From IMG/VR virus record IMGVR_UViG_3300027752_001458, positions 32,001 to 96,000 of that record: a DNA stretch of 64,000 nt. One strand, 5' to 3'. Under the pieces are notes generated by a model that saw nothing but the letters and a program-made list of their open reading frames with translations, was not told the origin of the DNA and made no database searches. Both the position numbers and the translations under genes were made by a program. Of the stretch, positions 47,796 through 57,803 are shown in pieces (the first letter of the stretch is position 1; every line of letters starts with the position of its first letter). Source of the stretch: a virus.

Positions 47796-48796
47796 TGAAA
47801 GATTTTTATAAACTTTTTGCCGTAGTGGCATTATTGCTAACTACTGGGTGTGCCAGTATTGCTATACCAGGTGACAAGCAGTGCCAGGCTGATTTTTTAG
47901 AATGCATTGAAGAACCACAACAAGTAGAACTCCCAACTTATAGAAAGTTACGTTACCTACCTCCTGCGGAAACAATGCCAGTAGTAGCAGTTTACCAATT
48001 CGCAGACTTAACAGGACAACGTTTAAGTTCGGACGGAGCGGCAAGTTTTAGCACAGCCGTAACACAAGGTGCAAAGGATTTACTAATTGACGCTCTTAAG
48101 GCGGCAGGCGCTGGAAAAGACCCTAAGGGTACTTGGTTCCGTGTCGTTGAAAGAGGATTAGGATTAGATAATTTAGTGCGGGAAAGGCAGATTATTCGAA
48201 GTACAAGAGAATCATATGCCAAAGATAGCGACCCCGCACAGCAAGTACAGCCATTATTATTTGCTGGGATGATATTAGAAGGAGGAGTTGTAGGTTATGA
48301 CTCGAATATCGAAACAGGTGGCTCAGGTGCAAGATATCTTGGTATAGGGACAACAAACCAATACCGAAGAGATAGTGTAGTGGTATCATTGAGAGCAGTA
48401 AGTACACTTACAGGCGAAGTGATATTGAACGTACAGACATACAAGACCATTCTAAGTGTAGGGCAAGCCGGCGATGTGTTCAAGTTCCTTGACATGGACA
48501 CTAAATTGCTTGAAATAGAAAGTGGTTTGACAGAAAATGAGAGTGTAACATGGGGTGTTCGTTCAGCGATTGAAGCCTCTGTTTTAGCTCTTGTTGAACA
48601 AGGTGACGAGAGAGGATTTTGGAAAATAGTTTACCCAGAAAATTGGGACCAACTAGTGGCTGAGCAAGAACAGGCATATTGGACGAGGGAGTCTATTAAG
48701 TTACTTAAAGACCCTATTAGTAACGAAACGAAATCTAAACTCAACAAGAACGATGATTCTATTGTAAAGAAAATTTTTTACAAAAAGGAATCTTAA
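47795..48796 (+). CDS. csgG: Curli secretion channel lipoprotein CsgG
   Basis: Lipobox TTG-C; VAVYQFADLTGQR, FSTAVTQG, WFRVVER, LDNLVRERQIIR, EGGVVGYDSNIETGGSGARYLGIG and LRAVSTLTGEV motifs. Confidence 0.93.
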   Translation: MKDFYKLFAVVALLLTTGCASIAIPGDKQCQADFLECIEEPQQVELPTYRKLRYLPPAETMPVVAVYQFADLTGQRLSSDGAASFSTAVTQGAKDLLIDALKAAGAGKDPKGTWFRVVERGLGLDNLVRERQIIRSTRESYAKDSDPAQQVQPLLFAGMILEGGVVGYDSNIETGGSGARYLGIGTTNQYRRDSVVVSLRAVSTLTGEVILNVQTYKTILSVGQAGDVFKFLDMDTKLLEIESGLTENESVTWGVRSAIEASVLALVEQGDERGFWKIVYPENWDQLVAEQEQAYWTRESIKLLKDPISNETKSKLNKNDDSIVKKIFYKKES

Positions 48797-48818
48797 TTAA
48801 CCATATATGGAGTAAGTT

Positions 48819-49619
48819 ATGAAGACAAATAAATTTTTTAAGAATACATTATTAACCGTCTTCGCTATAACAGGGATATTATCAATTGACCTTGCGTCAG
48901 CGGATAATGAAGTTTTAATAGATCAAGTTGGTGACAACTTAACCTTAACAGTTTTACAAGCAGGCTACGGTAACAGTTTATCTGGAGATACAAGTCAGGG
49001 TACTGATTTAACTCTCACAGGCGGTAGTTTAATTGTAGATCTAATCCAAGACGGTAATTTAAACGAGATCTTCGGATCTTGGGTACTCGATGGATCAGGG
49101 TCAAGTGTATTAGATTTTTACTTTCAGGGTAACAGCAATATCTGGGATATGAATATTGGTGCTACAGGCAGTAGTGATTATACTGATATTTTATCAAACA
49201 TTACTGGCGACAGTAACCTTTTTGATATTGATATTGGTGGTAACAACACAGCTGAAAGTTCAAATATGGATCTAGTAGTACTCGGATCAAGAAACGATTT
49301 CTCAACTAGTTTTACTAATAGTAAAGTTTGGGCCGCAGGCTCTGGCAACAATTCTACTGGTACACAGACTATGTCAGGAATTTTAATTGATTCAAGTTAC
49401 AACACTTGGAACTTTGATATCACAGGATCAGACAATGCGTTTGCCACAAAGCAACAAGGCAATGACGCACATCTATTAACTGTGGAATTAGACGGTAGCG
49501 ATGGTGATTTCCAATTTATACAAGATATGACAACCACATGCTCACCTGCTTGTAACGGTGTCATTAATTTAAATATAAATAGTGAAAATGCGTCAGTTAG
49601 TGTTAAGCAGACAGACTAG
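48819..49619 (+). CDS. Curlin-like secreted repeat protein 1
   Basis: Signal peptide, then N/G/D/S-rich repeats of type IxQxGxxN (IDQVGDN, IQDGNLN, FQGNSN, KQQGND). Confidence 0.7.
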   Translation: MKTNKFFKNTLLTVFAITGILSIDLASADNEVLIDQVGDNLTLTVLQAGYGNSLSGDTSQGTDLTLTGGSLIVDLIQDGNLNEIFGSWVLDGSGSSVLDFYFQGNSNIWDMNIGATGSSDYTDILSNITGDSNLFDIDIGGNNTAESSNMDLVVLGSRNDFSTSFTNSKVWAAGSGNNSTGTQTMSGILIDSSYNTWNFDITGSDNAFATKQQGNDAHLLTVELDGSDGDFQFIQDMTTTCSPACNGVINLNINSENASVSVKQTD

Positions 49620-50763
49620 TACATTAGCATTTATGCTTTTGTTTGCGTTTAATGTGCAAGCCTCCGTCGGCTCAATCGGCGGAGTGCTTGAACAATCTGG
49701 AAGTGTAGCACAAATACAACGAAATAAAGAAAACATACGAGCAGTTTTAAACGAAGAGATTGCTAGTATGGATGAAGTAGAAACAAAGAACGGACGATTG
49801 AAAATTAAATTTGTCGATGATACACTAGTGAGTTTAACAGAACACACTTACATGGTCATCGACGAATATGTGTACGACCCGAACCCAAGTAAAAGCAAAA
49901 TGGCATTAAATTTTGTGTCAGGTACAGCAAGATTTGCCACAGGCGGCTTAGGTTTAGTACCCAGAGAGAACATTACAATACAAACTCCTACAGCAAGTAT
50001 AGGCATAAGGGGAACAGATTTTACTACCACAGTCGATGAACTGGGTAGAAGCCTAGTAATACTATTACCAGACGATAATTGTACTGATAAGGTATCACTA
50101 GAAGAAGGTTGTGCACCTAGTGGGAGTATAACAGTCACTAATGCAGGCGGAACTCAAGTGCTCACAGAAGCATACCAGGCAGTAATGGTAAGCACTTTTG
50201 AGACTATACCGACCACTCCGGTTACACTTGTTAATTTAGATTTAAATATGATTGACAATATGTTCATTGTAAGCGAACCTGTAGAAATTAAAGAGGCAGT
50301 TGAGGAACAACAAAGCGAGTTAAAAGGTAGCGCCGGACTTCTAACTTTTAACGGGCTAGACCAGGACTTGCTAGATATAGAAGGACTGGAATCTAATACG
50401 GCAGATAATTATGAATTTACAGAATTAGATATAGATTTTTTAGATGTTGAATTCTTAAATGATTTATTAGACATCCTAGAGGATAATATAGATTCGCTAG
50501 GCGAAGAACTTAACAATCAAGGTGACGGCACCGACAAACTAATAGGCACACGCTTTGGTAACGATCCAGGTACGCAGTTTAATACGTTTGCAGATTACGA
50601 TGGTAAAGTATTCTTTTTAAGACAAGTATCAAACAAAATTGGAATTAAATTAGAAAAAGGTAGTCAAGCAAGAATTGAATTGTTTGACTCAGATGTAGGA
50701 GAAAACTTAATATGCCTAAACAGTTGTGACGGCATATACATTAGTATTACACAAAATGATTAA
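49582..50763 (+). CDS. Secreted FecR-domain protein
   Basis: Signal peptide; ETKNGRLKIKFVDDTLVSLTEHT...IQTPTASIGIRGTDF (FecR domain); acidic linker. Confidence 0.8.
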   Translation: MKMRQLVLSRQTSTLAFMLLFAFNVQASVGSIGGVLEQSGSVAQIQRNKENIRAVLNEEIASMDEVETKNGRLKIKFVDDTLVSLTEHTYMVIDEYVYDPNPSKSKMALNFVSGTARFATGGLGLVPRENITIQTPTASIGIRGTDFTTTVDELGRSLVILLPDDNCTDKVSLEEGCAPSGSITVTNAGGTQVLTEAYQAVMVSTFETIPTTPVTLVNLDLNMIDNMFIVSEPVEIKEAVEEQQSELKGSAGLLTFNGLDQDLLDIEGLESNTADNYEFTELDIDFLDVEFLNDLLDILEDNIDSLGEELNNQGDGTDKLIGTRFGNDPGTQFNTFADYDGKVFFLRQVSNKIGIKLEKGSQARIELFDSDVGENLICLNSCDGIYISITQND

Positions 50764-51628
50764 AATATTACAGACAATTATATTAGTAGCAGGACTTGTA
50801 TTTGCAGAACAAGTAGCAAGTGCTGACAACGAAGTGCTTATAGACCAGACTGGCGACAACGTTGTTATTGGTATCTTACAGGAAGGATACAATAACAGTA
50901 TTGATGTAGATTTAGGATTAGCTACTTTTGATACTTCCAACACATTTGAAGTAAAACAGGAAGGCCATAATAACGAAGTTTTCCTTAGTGTAGGTGGAAC
51001 TGACAATACGTTGGTGCTGATACAAGAAGGCAACAACAATGATATCAGTTGGACAGATTCTTGGGGCAGTGGTAAAGCATGGGGCGGAGACTTAGACGGC
51101 AATTATAATAACATACACATTCAGCAAAAATGTAGTTTTACAACATGTAATCCAAACGAGGCTCAATTTCATATATGGGGCAACAGTAACACCGTTCTAT
51201 TTGGGCAAGGCTATTATCTAACAGGCCCTAGCGATACAACATTTGATTATGATAACTGGGAACCAGGTGGCAACTTTCTCCGGTTAGACATTCACGGCAG
51301 TAGTAATAGTTTTAAAGGTGGTCAAAAAATGGATAGCACTAGTACTAATCATAATATGACTGTAGACATACATGGTAACAGCAACAATGTATTTGCACAG
51401 CAATGGGCCAATGGTAACAAGACACTTACTTTAAACGTTGACAGCAACAGCAATTCTGTTGCCATTGAACAAAACAATAGCGGTAATCACACCGCAACAG
51501 TAACACTTGATGGTTCGTACCCTACAAGTTTGAACTTGCTACAAACAGGATCAGGTAATCAGTCATACACACTATTCCAAAACTGCCAAACAGTTGGCGG
51601 ATGTAGTGTGTCTATAACACAGGACTAA
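50756..51628 (+). CDS. Curlin-like secreted repeat protein 2
   Basis: ATG at 50756; signal peptide; QEGYNN, QEGHNN, QEGNNN, HGNSNN and QTGSGN repeats. Confidence 0.72.
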   Translation: MIKILQTIILVAGLVFAEQVASADNEVLIDQTGDNVVIGILQEGYNNSIDVDLGLATFDTSNTFEVKQEGHNNEVFLSVGGTDNTLVLIQEGNNNDISWTDSWGSGKAWGGDLDGNYNNIHIQQKCSFTTCNPNEAQFHIWGNSNTVLFGQGYYLTGPSDTTFDYDNWEPGGNFLRLDIHGSSNSFKGGQKMDSTSTNHNMTVDIHGNSNNVFAQQWANGNKTLTLNVDSNSNSVAIEQNNSGNHTATVTLDGSYPTSLNLLQTGSGNQSYTLFQNCQTVGGCSVSITQD

Positions 51629-51728
51629 AACGCAAGTGAATCACGTATTTCATTGATCTGCGCCAACAAATTTGCATAAATAAACTTTGTAAAAGGGTTA
51701 ACCTTTTCGACAACCTAAGGAGAACGCT

Positions 51729-52016
51729 ATGAATAGATTACTATCTATTACAGCAGTCCTCGGTTTTGTTGTTTTTCTTCCGTCATGTGCGTCAGTTGGC
51801 GCAGTAATTGAAGGTGGGAAAGAGTTTACTACAGGCGTAGTAGATGGATCCGTTAATGCAGTTTCTACAATAGCAGGAGCAGTATTAACAGATGTATCTA
51901 GTATCACAAGCACAGCGGCACAAGCCGCTACAGGTGTAATTGACACCGTTGCGACTGAAGTAGATAAACAAACCGATGCATTGCAAGAACCAAAAGCAAA
52001 GCCAGAGGGAAAGTAG
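51729..52016 (+). CDS. Small lipoprotein; candidate -1 frameshift extension to 52126
   Basis: AGGAG RBS, lipobox LPS-C and an amphipathic A/V/T-rich helix; ends G GGA AAG TAG. Confidence 0.75.
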   Translation: MNRLLSITAVLGFVVFLPSCASVGAVIEGGKEFTTGVVDGSVNAVSTIAGAVLTDVSSITSTAAQAATGVIDTVATEVDKQTDALQEPKAKPEGK

Positions 52017-52127
52017 TAACTTCATCAGCCAGGAAGGTAGATGAAGAAATTGCTGAACAAGACATTAAAGTTATAGTACGCAGTATTATGATGTATTGTT
52101 CTAAAAATCCCAAGGAATGCGAATAAC

Positions 52128-52155
52128 AAAAGCACACTACGGTGTGCTTTTTTTT
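52128..52155 (+). terminator. Rho-independent terminator
   Basis: AAAAGCACAC-TACG-GTGTGC followed by T8. Confidence 0.88.
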
Positions 52156-52168
52156 GATAAATATATTA

Positions 52169-54226
52169 ATGAAATGGTTACTAAGCGGCTGGACCGTAGC
52201 AATATCTATATTACTATTAACGACTTTACGAGTTGCCGACCCTACACCATTACAGAGTTTGCGTAGTCAAACATTCGATGCATTACAGCAATTAGATGTT
52301 AAAAAAGAAAGCAACGAAGTTGTTATAATTAACATTGGCGAAAAAAGTTTACAACAATGGGGGCAATGGGCATGGCCAAGACAGAACATAGCACAGTTGA
52401 TATCAGATTTGCGGAGCAAGAACGCTGGAATAATTGGTTTAACGATTATGTTTCCGGAAACAGACCGATTTGGCGGGGACGCAGTTTTGTCAAGTTGGAT
52501 GTCGGAGAACGGGGTAGTTTTATCCCAGACCCCATCTGGCAGAGGAATAAAGAGTACAGGTCCTCATATTGGTACAGCAACGATAGGCCCAGTATCCGCT
52601 ACGGACTACTTGCTGACATGGCCGAATCTCGTAACGAATATTGATATATTAGAGAAGTCAGCCGCAGGCATTGGCGTAGTAGCAAGCGAGCCACAAGCAG
52701 ACAATCAGACGAGAACATATCCACTAGCAGTCGCTGTTGAAGGAAACATATATCCTAGTTTTGCTATTGAAATGCTTAGGGTGTATACAGGCAAACCTAG
52801 TTATATTCTAAAGACATCCGAGATCGGCATTAAAGAATTTGCAGTACCTCCGTTTGATCCTATTGTGACATCCGGAAGAGGTTCTGCATACATAAGATTT
52901 AATAACATATTTGAAGAACACGAGTATGTTCAAGCGAGTGAACTGCCTGACTTAGGCGGAAAGTTCGTAATAGTGGGAGTAAGTGCTGAGGGTGTTGCTA
53001 ATCCGGTTCCCACTCCGGTAGGCAACATATATCCACAGTACATACAAGCTCATATGCTACAGAACTTTATTGATGGTAGTAACATTACCAGGAGTGAACT
53101 AAGTGCTGTGTACGAGCTTCTGTGTGCGTTGTTGAGCATGATCCTAGTGGCTCTTGCGATATATAAGTTACCCATATGGGCAGGACTGTTTACTACAGTA
53201 AGTATTGTAGGAGCAATTGCCTATTCTACTGTACACTTTTATACTGCAAACTTATATTTGTTCGATGCAACCTTCCCTGCAATAGCAACATTCTTAATTT
53301 TTACACAGGCAAGTTTTAATAACTTCTGGGTACAGTTTAAATTGAGACAAGAAATACAGAAACAATTTGCTGGATATGCCTCACCTACCGTTGTTAGAAT
53401 GTTACAAGATAACCCGGACTTAATTAAACAAGGCATGAAGAAAGAAGTTAGTATATGCTTTTCAGACTTACGTGGCTTTACTCCACTAGGTGAGAGCTTT
53501 GGCGATGATGTACAGGGCTTAACAAAAATGATGAACGAGTATATGGATGCTATTACACAACCTATACTTGATGCAGACGGCATGGTGATTAAATATATCG
53601 GCGATGCAAGTATGCACATACACAATGCTCCTATGGACGACCCAGATCATCCTAAGAGTGCGGTGCAAACAGGATTACAAATGCTTAGGGCAGTGGAGAA
53701 GTTTAATGATAAAATTGTTAAAGAGGGCAGACCACCCATTGGTATGGGTGCTGGTATTAATACTGGGCTCGGTTATATTGGGGAAATGGGCTCCACTGCA
53801 AGACACTCATATGACATACTCGGAGACGCAGTTAGTACTGCCGCGAGAATAGAAAGCAAGTGTAAAGAGTATGGGTGCTTATTACTTGTAGGTGGAGACA
53901 CATACAAGCATACTAAGAGTGATTTCTTTTATCTAAAAGTAGATGACTTGCAAGTAAAAGGTAAAAGTGTTGGAATAGAAATATACACTGTACTGGATAT
54001 TAAGCGAACTAAGTATGTTAAAGGTAAGCAACTACACGCACAGATGCATAAACATTATCGTAACCAAGACTTTAATAAAGCAATTAAATTGTGTAATCAA
54101 CTGTCTAAAACCTTTGATGGTAAGATGAAAGATTATTATGCTATGTGGATTGAACGTTGTGAATTTCAACTAACACAAGACTTACCTAAAGATTGGAACG
54201 GGATATTTATTGCCACAGGCAAGTAG
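52169..54226 (+). CDS. CHASE2-domain class III adenylate/guanylate cyclase
   Basis: N-terminal TM, WGQWAWPR...FPETDR (CHASE2), three TMs, then FSDLRGFT, KYIGDA, GAGINTG, YDILGDAVSTAARIE and VKGK; ATG at 52169 after GATAAATA. Confidence 0.92.
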   Translation: MKWLLSGWTVAISILLLTTLRVADPTPLQSLRSQTFDALQQLDVKKESNEVVIINIGEKSLQQWGQWAWPRQNIAQLISDLRSKNAGIIGLTIMFPETDRFGGDAVLSSWMSENGVVLSQTPSGRGIKSTGPHIGTATIGPVSATDYLLTWPNLVTNIDILEKSAAGIGVVASEPQADNQTRTYPLAVAVEGNIYPSFAIEMLRVYTGKPSYILKTSEIGIKEFAVPPFDPIVTSGRGSAYIRFNNIFEEHEYVQASELPDLGGKFVIVGVSAEGVANPVPTPVGNIYPQYIQAHMLQNFIDGSNITRSELSAVYELLCALLSMILVALAIYKLPIWAGLFTTVSIVGAIAYSTVHFYTANLYLFDATFPAIATFLIFTQASFNNFWVQFKLRQEIQKQFAGYASPTVVRMLQDNPDLIKQGMKKEVSICFSDLRGFTPLGESFGDDVQGLTKMMNEYMDAITQPILDADGMVIKYIGDASMHIHNAPMDDPDHPKSAVQTGLQMLRAVEKFNDKIVKEGRPPIGMGAGINTGLGYIGEMGSTARHSYDILGDAVSTAARIESKCKEYGCLLLVGGDTYKHTKSDFFYLKVDDLQVKGKSVGIEIYTVLDIKRTKYVKGKQLHAQMHKHYRNQDFNKAIKLCNQLSKTFDGKMKDYYAMWIERCEFQLTQDLPKDWNGIFIATGK

Positions 54227-54868
54227 TTAGTCGTCCGGAGTCCATTGCCTAACAGCAGTAAATAGATTTGCATAGTCAAGCAAATCAGACCTCAATGTTT
54301 TTAAATGTGTTAACTCAATAGGAATACGTAGACCCGAAGCTTCGTATAGCGGAAGATAGAAGTTTATAATTTTATCAACACGTTGTCGGTCAGTTAAAAT
54401 TGCTTTCATTACTCGTTGATGCCATTCGTTGCTAGACACTATATCAAATAGCCACCCATGATGTGGACTATGACTGTTAAACTTCTTAACCATTTCTTTT
54501 GTTTCGTAGTACACTGCTCGCACAGGATTTATATTTACTCTGTATTTTTTCATCACGGCAGGGTATACCCACCAGTGTTCTCTACAACGTTGGTTTTTTA
54601 AGAATCCTCTATACTCGTTCTCCATGCTCTTTGCTAAACCATCTGCACTTTCCCTAATTTCCACTTCATAGACTTTTATTAACCTGTCTGCTATCCTCTT
54701 ATGTTTAGCAGAAAAGTCTTCGTAGTTCTCCTTAAGGTCAAGTATAGAGAACGTACCGTCTAAAAATGTGTTGGGAATTGTTTTGTGTAGTTTGAATTTA
54801 TTAAGCTCAGTAGTCAAACGTATAGAGTCAAAATTTATAATATCCTTTGACATGCTATTACTTATCAC
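54227..54868 (-). CDS. Hypothetical protein
   Basis: 213-aa ORF overlapping the stop of the Nudix gene. Confidence 0.7.
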   Translation of the reverse strand: MISNSMSKDIINFDSIRLTTELNKFKLHKTIPNTFLDGTFSILDLKENYEDFSAKHKRIADRLIKVYEVEIRESADGLAKSMENEYRGFLKNQRCREHWWVYPAVMKKYRVNINPVRAVYYETKEMVKKFNSHSPHHGWLFDIVSSNEWHQRVMKAILTDRQRVDKIINFYLPLYEASGLRIPIELTHLKTLRSDLLDYANLFTAVRQWTPDD

Positions 54869-55311
54869 ATATTGATCTTTAGGATAGTGCGTAGTTTATT
54901 AACGCCCTTGTTTCTTCCTAAAGTGCTCTTAGCACCAAAGTGTAGTGGCATAGGCCAATTACCTATATCGACCCAAGCATACCCGGCACTCTCTTTATTA
55001 AGATTGGGGATAAATTCATCGTCGACTAGGTATACAAAACTGTAGTACATAAAGTTTTTATCTTTACTTTGGTATACATCAATGGGATTTAATTTTTTTA
55101 GTTCTGGGACGAGACCTATTTCTTCCATAAGTTCACGTTGAATAGTATCGTAAGTAGTCTCACCGTCATCCATCATACCTCCCCAAAAACCCCAGGTGTG
55201 TTTTCCTTTCTTGTCGGAGTTGCGGAGTTGGAATAAGCATCTGCCTGTAGACTTGGATAAGAACAAAACACCAGCGGCACTTATGCCGTTGTGTCTAGAT
55301 AAGTTAGTCAT
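54865..55311 (-). CDS. Nudix hydrolase
   Basis: Nudix box GGMMDDGETTYDTIQRELMEEIG; start uncertain, ATG at 55311 chosen to avoid a long overlap. Confidence 0.85.
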   Translation of the reverse strand: MTNLSRHNGISAAGVLFLSKSTGRCLFQLRNSDKKGKHTWGFWGGMMDDGETTYDTIQRELMEEIGLVPELKKLNPIDVYQSKDKNFMYYSFVYLVDDEFIPNLNKESAGYAWVDIGNWPMPLHFGAKSTLGRNKGVNKLRTILKINM

Positions 55312-55343
55312 CGGGTTAAGTGTTTGTAGAACGCTCTCTTTGA

Positions 55344-56744
55344 TTATACGTTCAGGCGCCAGAACCCTGGGTTGTACTTCCCTTCGTATGTGCTTGTCCA
55401 TTGAACGTTTTCCCATTTGTATTGTTTGTTTGTGTATAAGTTTTTAACATAATGAACACTTTCTTGGTTTGCTGATGTAGAAGCATCAAATGATATAATC
55501 CATGCAGTGCCGTTGTATTCAATAATGTCATTAGCGTCTGCGGATATACCCCAACTAGCGCCATGTAACTCTGTAGTAAGTAAGTAACGTTGTCCTGTTG
55601 TTGCTACGGCTAAAGTGCCATCACCTGGATAGTTTGCTGTAGCATCGACTATTCTTGTTACGTTTGTTTGTGTTGTTGAAGGCAAAGTGTCAGTATCCAA
55701 TGTAAATATAAGTTTAGATGCATCCGCTGGATTTCTTGCCACTAAGCCAGTTATCAATGTAGACGAGTCTACATCGTTCGATATATTAAGTTGTAATGTA
55801 CTTGCTGTAGTTAACGGAATGTCTGAAATACTTATGTTAGCATTCGCTGTACCGGTTCCCTGTGGGGAGAGTACTTCTAGTAAATCATTCCAGTTAGCTT
55901 CTGTGGCACCGTTTTTATATAACTTGGCCACTGTACCAGTAAGTTCAACTTCATAATTGTTAGGTGATATTGTGTGCAACTCAAAGTCTTGATCCAAGTC
56001 TCTAAAGAAGTCGTACATATCTTCGTCATAACCTAAATCTCCGACACTGCCTGTGTCGTAAATATTTGTTATAATAGTATTAATAATTTTTTGTCTTTTA
56101 ACTTTAGCGGGAGGACTTACCCATATAGGTAACACAAATGTTAGTGTAGCAACATCAATTGTTTCATCAACTCCTGCAGGAACACTTCTGTTGCTCCATT
56201 GTATATCAGTTAATTCGACTTCGTATAAACTAGTCCAGTCTAATGGATTGTTTCCTTGCTGTAGTTGTATACTAGGATTAAATAGGATTAAAATTTGTTC
56301 TAGTAATTGTAATTTTTGATCTGTGTTCCCACTCCAAATATCAATGTTCATTGTTAAGTTGTAAGGAACAGGCATATATCTATCTGTTGTATATAAATTT
56401 CCAGGAAACTCTGCCGAACTGTAAGTAGCATTGCCAGAGTCATATTGTCTTTCAGCAACTTGTACTTTACTAACAAGCATTGGATCTTGTGCTCTGTCTC
56501 TAGCAATAAGCAAACTTGAAATGTTACATGATATAAACGGTGTACTATTAACCATGTTCTCCGAACCTTTGGTCAATATATGTGCAACCATACGTTGCAT
56601 GTCTGCATATCTTACTGGAACTTTTTGGTAGTTCGTAACACCATCACGTTTACCTTCTGCAACTGTAAAGCCACTGAATATTCTCATGAACTGAAGCAAG
56701 TATCTTCTTAACTGTGCGTCATAAAAGTAATCCATATTTGCCAT
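55344..56744 (-). CDS. Tail terminator / sheath stabiliser, gp15-like, with C-terminal extension
   Basis: YFYDAQLRRYLLQF, KVPVRY, MPVPYNL and QLLEQILILFNP motifs. Confidence 0.8.
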   Translation of the reverse strand: MANMDYFYDAQLRRYLLQFMRIFSGFTVAEGKRDGVTNYQKVPVRYADMQRMVAHILTKGSENMVNSTPFISCNISSLLIARDRAQDPMLVSKVQVAERQYDSGNATYSSAEFPGNLYTTDRYMPVPYNLTMNIDIWSGNTDQKLQLLEQILILFNPSIQLQQGNNPLDWTSLYEVELTDIQWSNRSVPAGVDETIDVATLTFVLPIWVSPPAKVKRQKIINTIITNIYDTGSVGDLGYDEDMYDFFRDLDQDFELHTISPNNYEVELTGTVAKLYKNGATEANWNDLLEVLSPQGTGTANANISISDIPLTTASTLQLNISNDVDSSTLITGLVARNPADASKLIFTLDTDTLPSTTQTNVTRIVDATANYPGDGTLAVATTGQRYLLTTELHGASWGISADANDIIEYNGTAWIISFDASTSANQESVHYVKNLYTNKQYKWENVQWTSTYEGKYNPGFWRLNV

Positions 56745-56745
56745 A

Positions 56746-57774
56746 TTAATCTGCCTTAGGTTTCACAGCCTTACTCATATTAGTCTTTTCTGACTGAGTA
56801 GTACCGTCTGTGTTAGTAGTTATTTTATCATTGTTAACGAATGATGTGAGTAGTTTATTGGCGGCACTCCAGACATTCTTGTTGTCATCGCTCACCTTAA
56901 TCCATCTAGTACCTTGCTTCTTAAACAGTCTGTGTGGACTGAAGTCAGTTCTCAAGTAGTACTCTCCGTCATTTGCATCTAGTGGCATTGCATCGCCACT
57001 GCCTACTATTGATATACCGTTAGGAGCTTCACCGTCACCGGGGAAGTATACACCAGGCTTGTCTTGCGAATTAGGATCAACATATAAGTGTCCACCTTCA
57101 TAATAACCAGCGTCATATTGAACTTCTGAATTTGCTAGTTCTATAACCTTATCCGATATTGCAATCTCAGTGCTGTATGTACTTAAAATATTTCTAAGGT
57201 CGTCAGCTTGTTCACCTGTACCGAGTATGTCTCTGTACTCAGGACTATCTGTAATATTTTTAAGTTTGACTTTCCATAAGTGAGGCCACCATCTAGCATC
57301 GTAACCTTCTGCTGGTCTGCCAGCATCACTTACAACGAAGAATCTATTAACTGCGGCTCCACCGCCTAAGAGTAAATCATCTCTTAAATGCGGAAGCTCA
57401 AGCACATCGCCTGCCATCAATCGCCTACCCAACATGTTAGCACAGGTATTCATATGGAAAGTCATAGATAACGAATCGTTATTTACAAATAGTCCAAACT
57501 GTGTTAAATCGAAGTCGGGGTCTGCAATTTGATATGCACCACGTAGCTCGTAAATGTCAGCGTCATACTTTCTATCCCTGTTCTCTAAAAAGACAACGTC
57601 TTGGATATACAGTTCCTCGCTTCCAATACTTGCAGATGTGTCATCTTTATAAGTGCCTACATACTTATGTACATAAACTCCTGTGCCACCTGCGTTGACA
57701 GACTCGGCTACAACTCTATCAATAAAGTCATAATCGTTTCCTTTGTTCTTGTTCCATAAACTTAATCTAGGCAT
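56746..57774 (-). CDS. Neck / head-closure protein, gp14-like
   Basis: ATG at 57774 (MPRLSLW); FLENRDRKYD, FDLTQFGLF and GDVLELPHL motifs; adjacent to the gp15-like gene; late promoter at 57782-57789. Confidence 0.7.
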   Translation of the reverse strand: MPRLSLWNKNKGNDYDFIDRVVAESVNAGGTGVYVHKYVGTYKDDTSASIGSEELYIQDVVFLENRDRKYDADIYELRGAYQIADPDFDLTQFGLFVNNDSLSMTFHMNTCANMLGRRLMAGDVLELPHLRDDLLLGGGAAVNRFFVVSDAGRPAEGYDARWWPHLWKVKLKNITDSPEYRDILGTGEQADDLRNILSTYSTEIAISDKVIELANSEVQYDAGYYEGGHLYVDPNSQDKPGVYFPGDGEAPNGISIVGSGDAMPLDANDGEYYLRTDFSPHRLFKKQGTRWIKVSDDNKNVWSAANKLLTSFVNNDKITTNTDGTTQSEKTNMSKAVKPKAD

Positions 57775-57803
57775 AATGTAGTATTTATCACTTCCTGAAG
57801 TTC

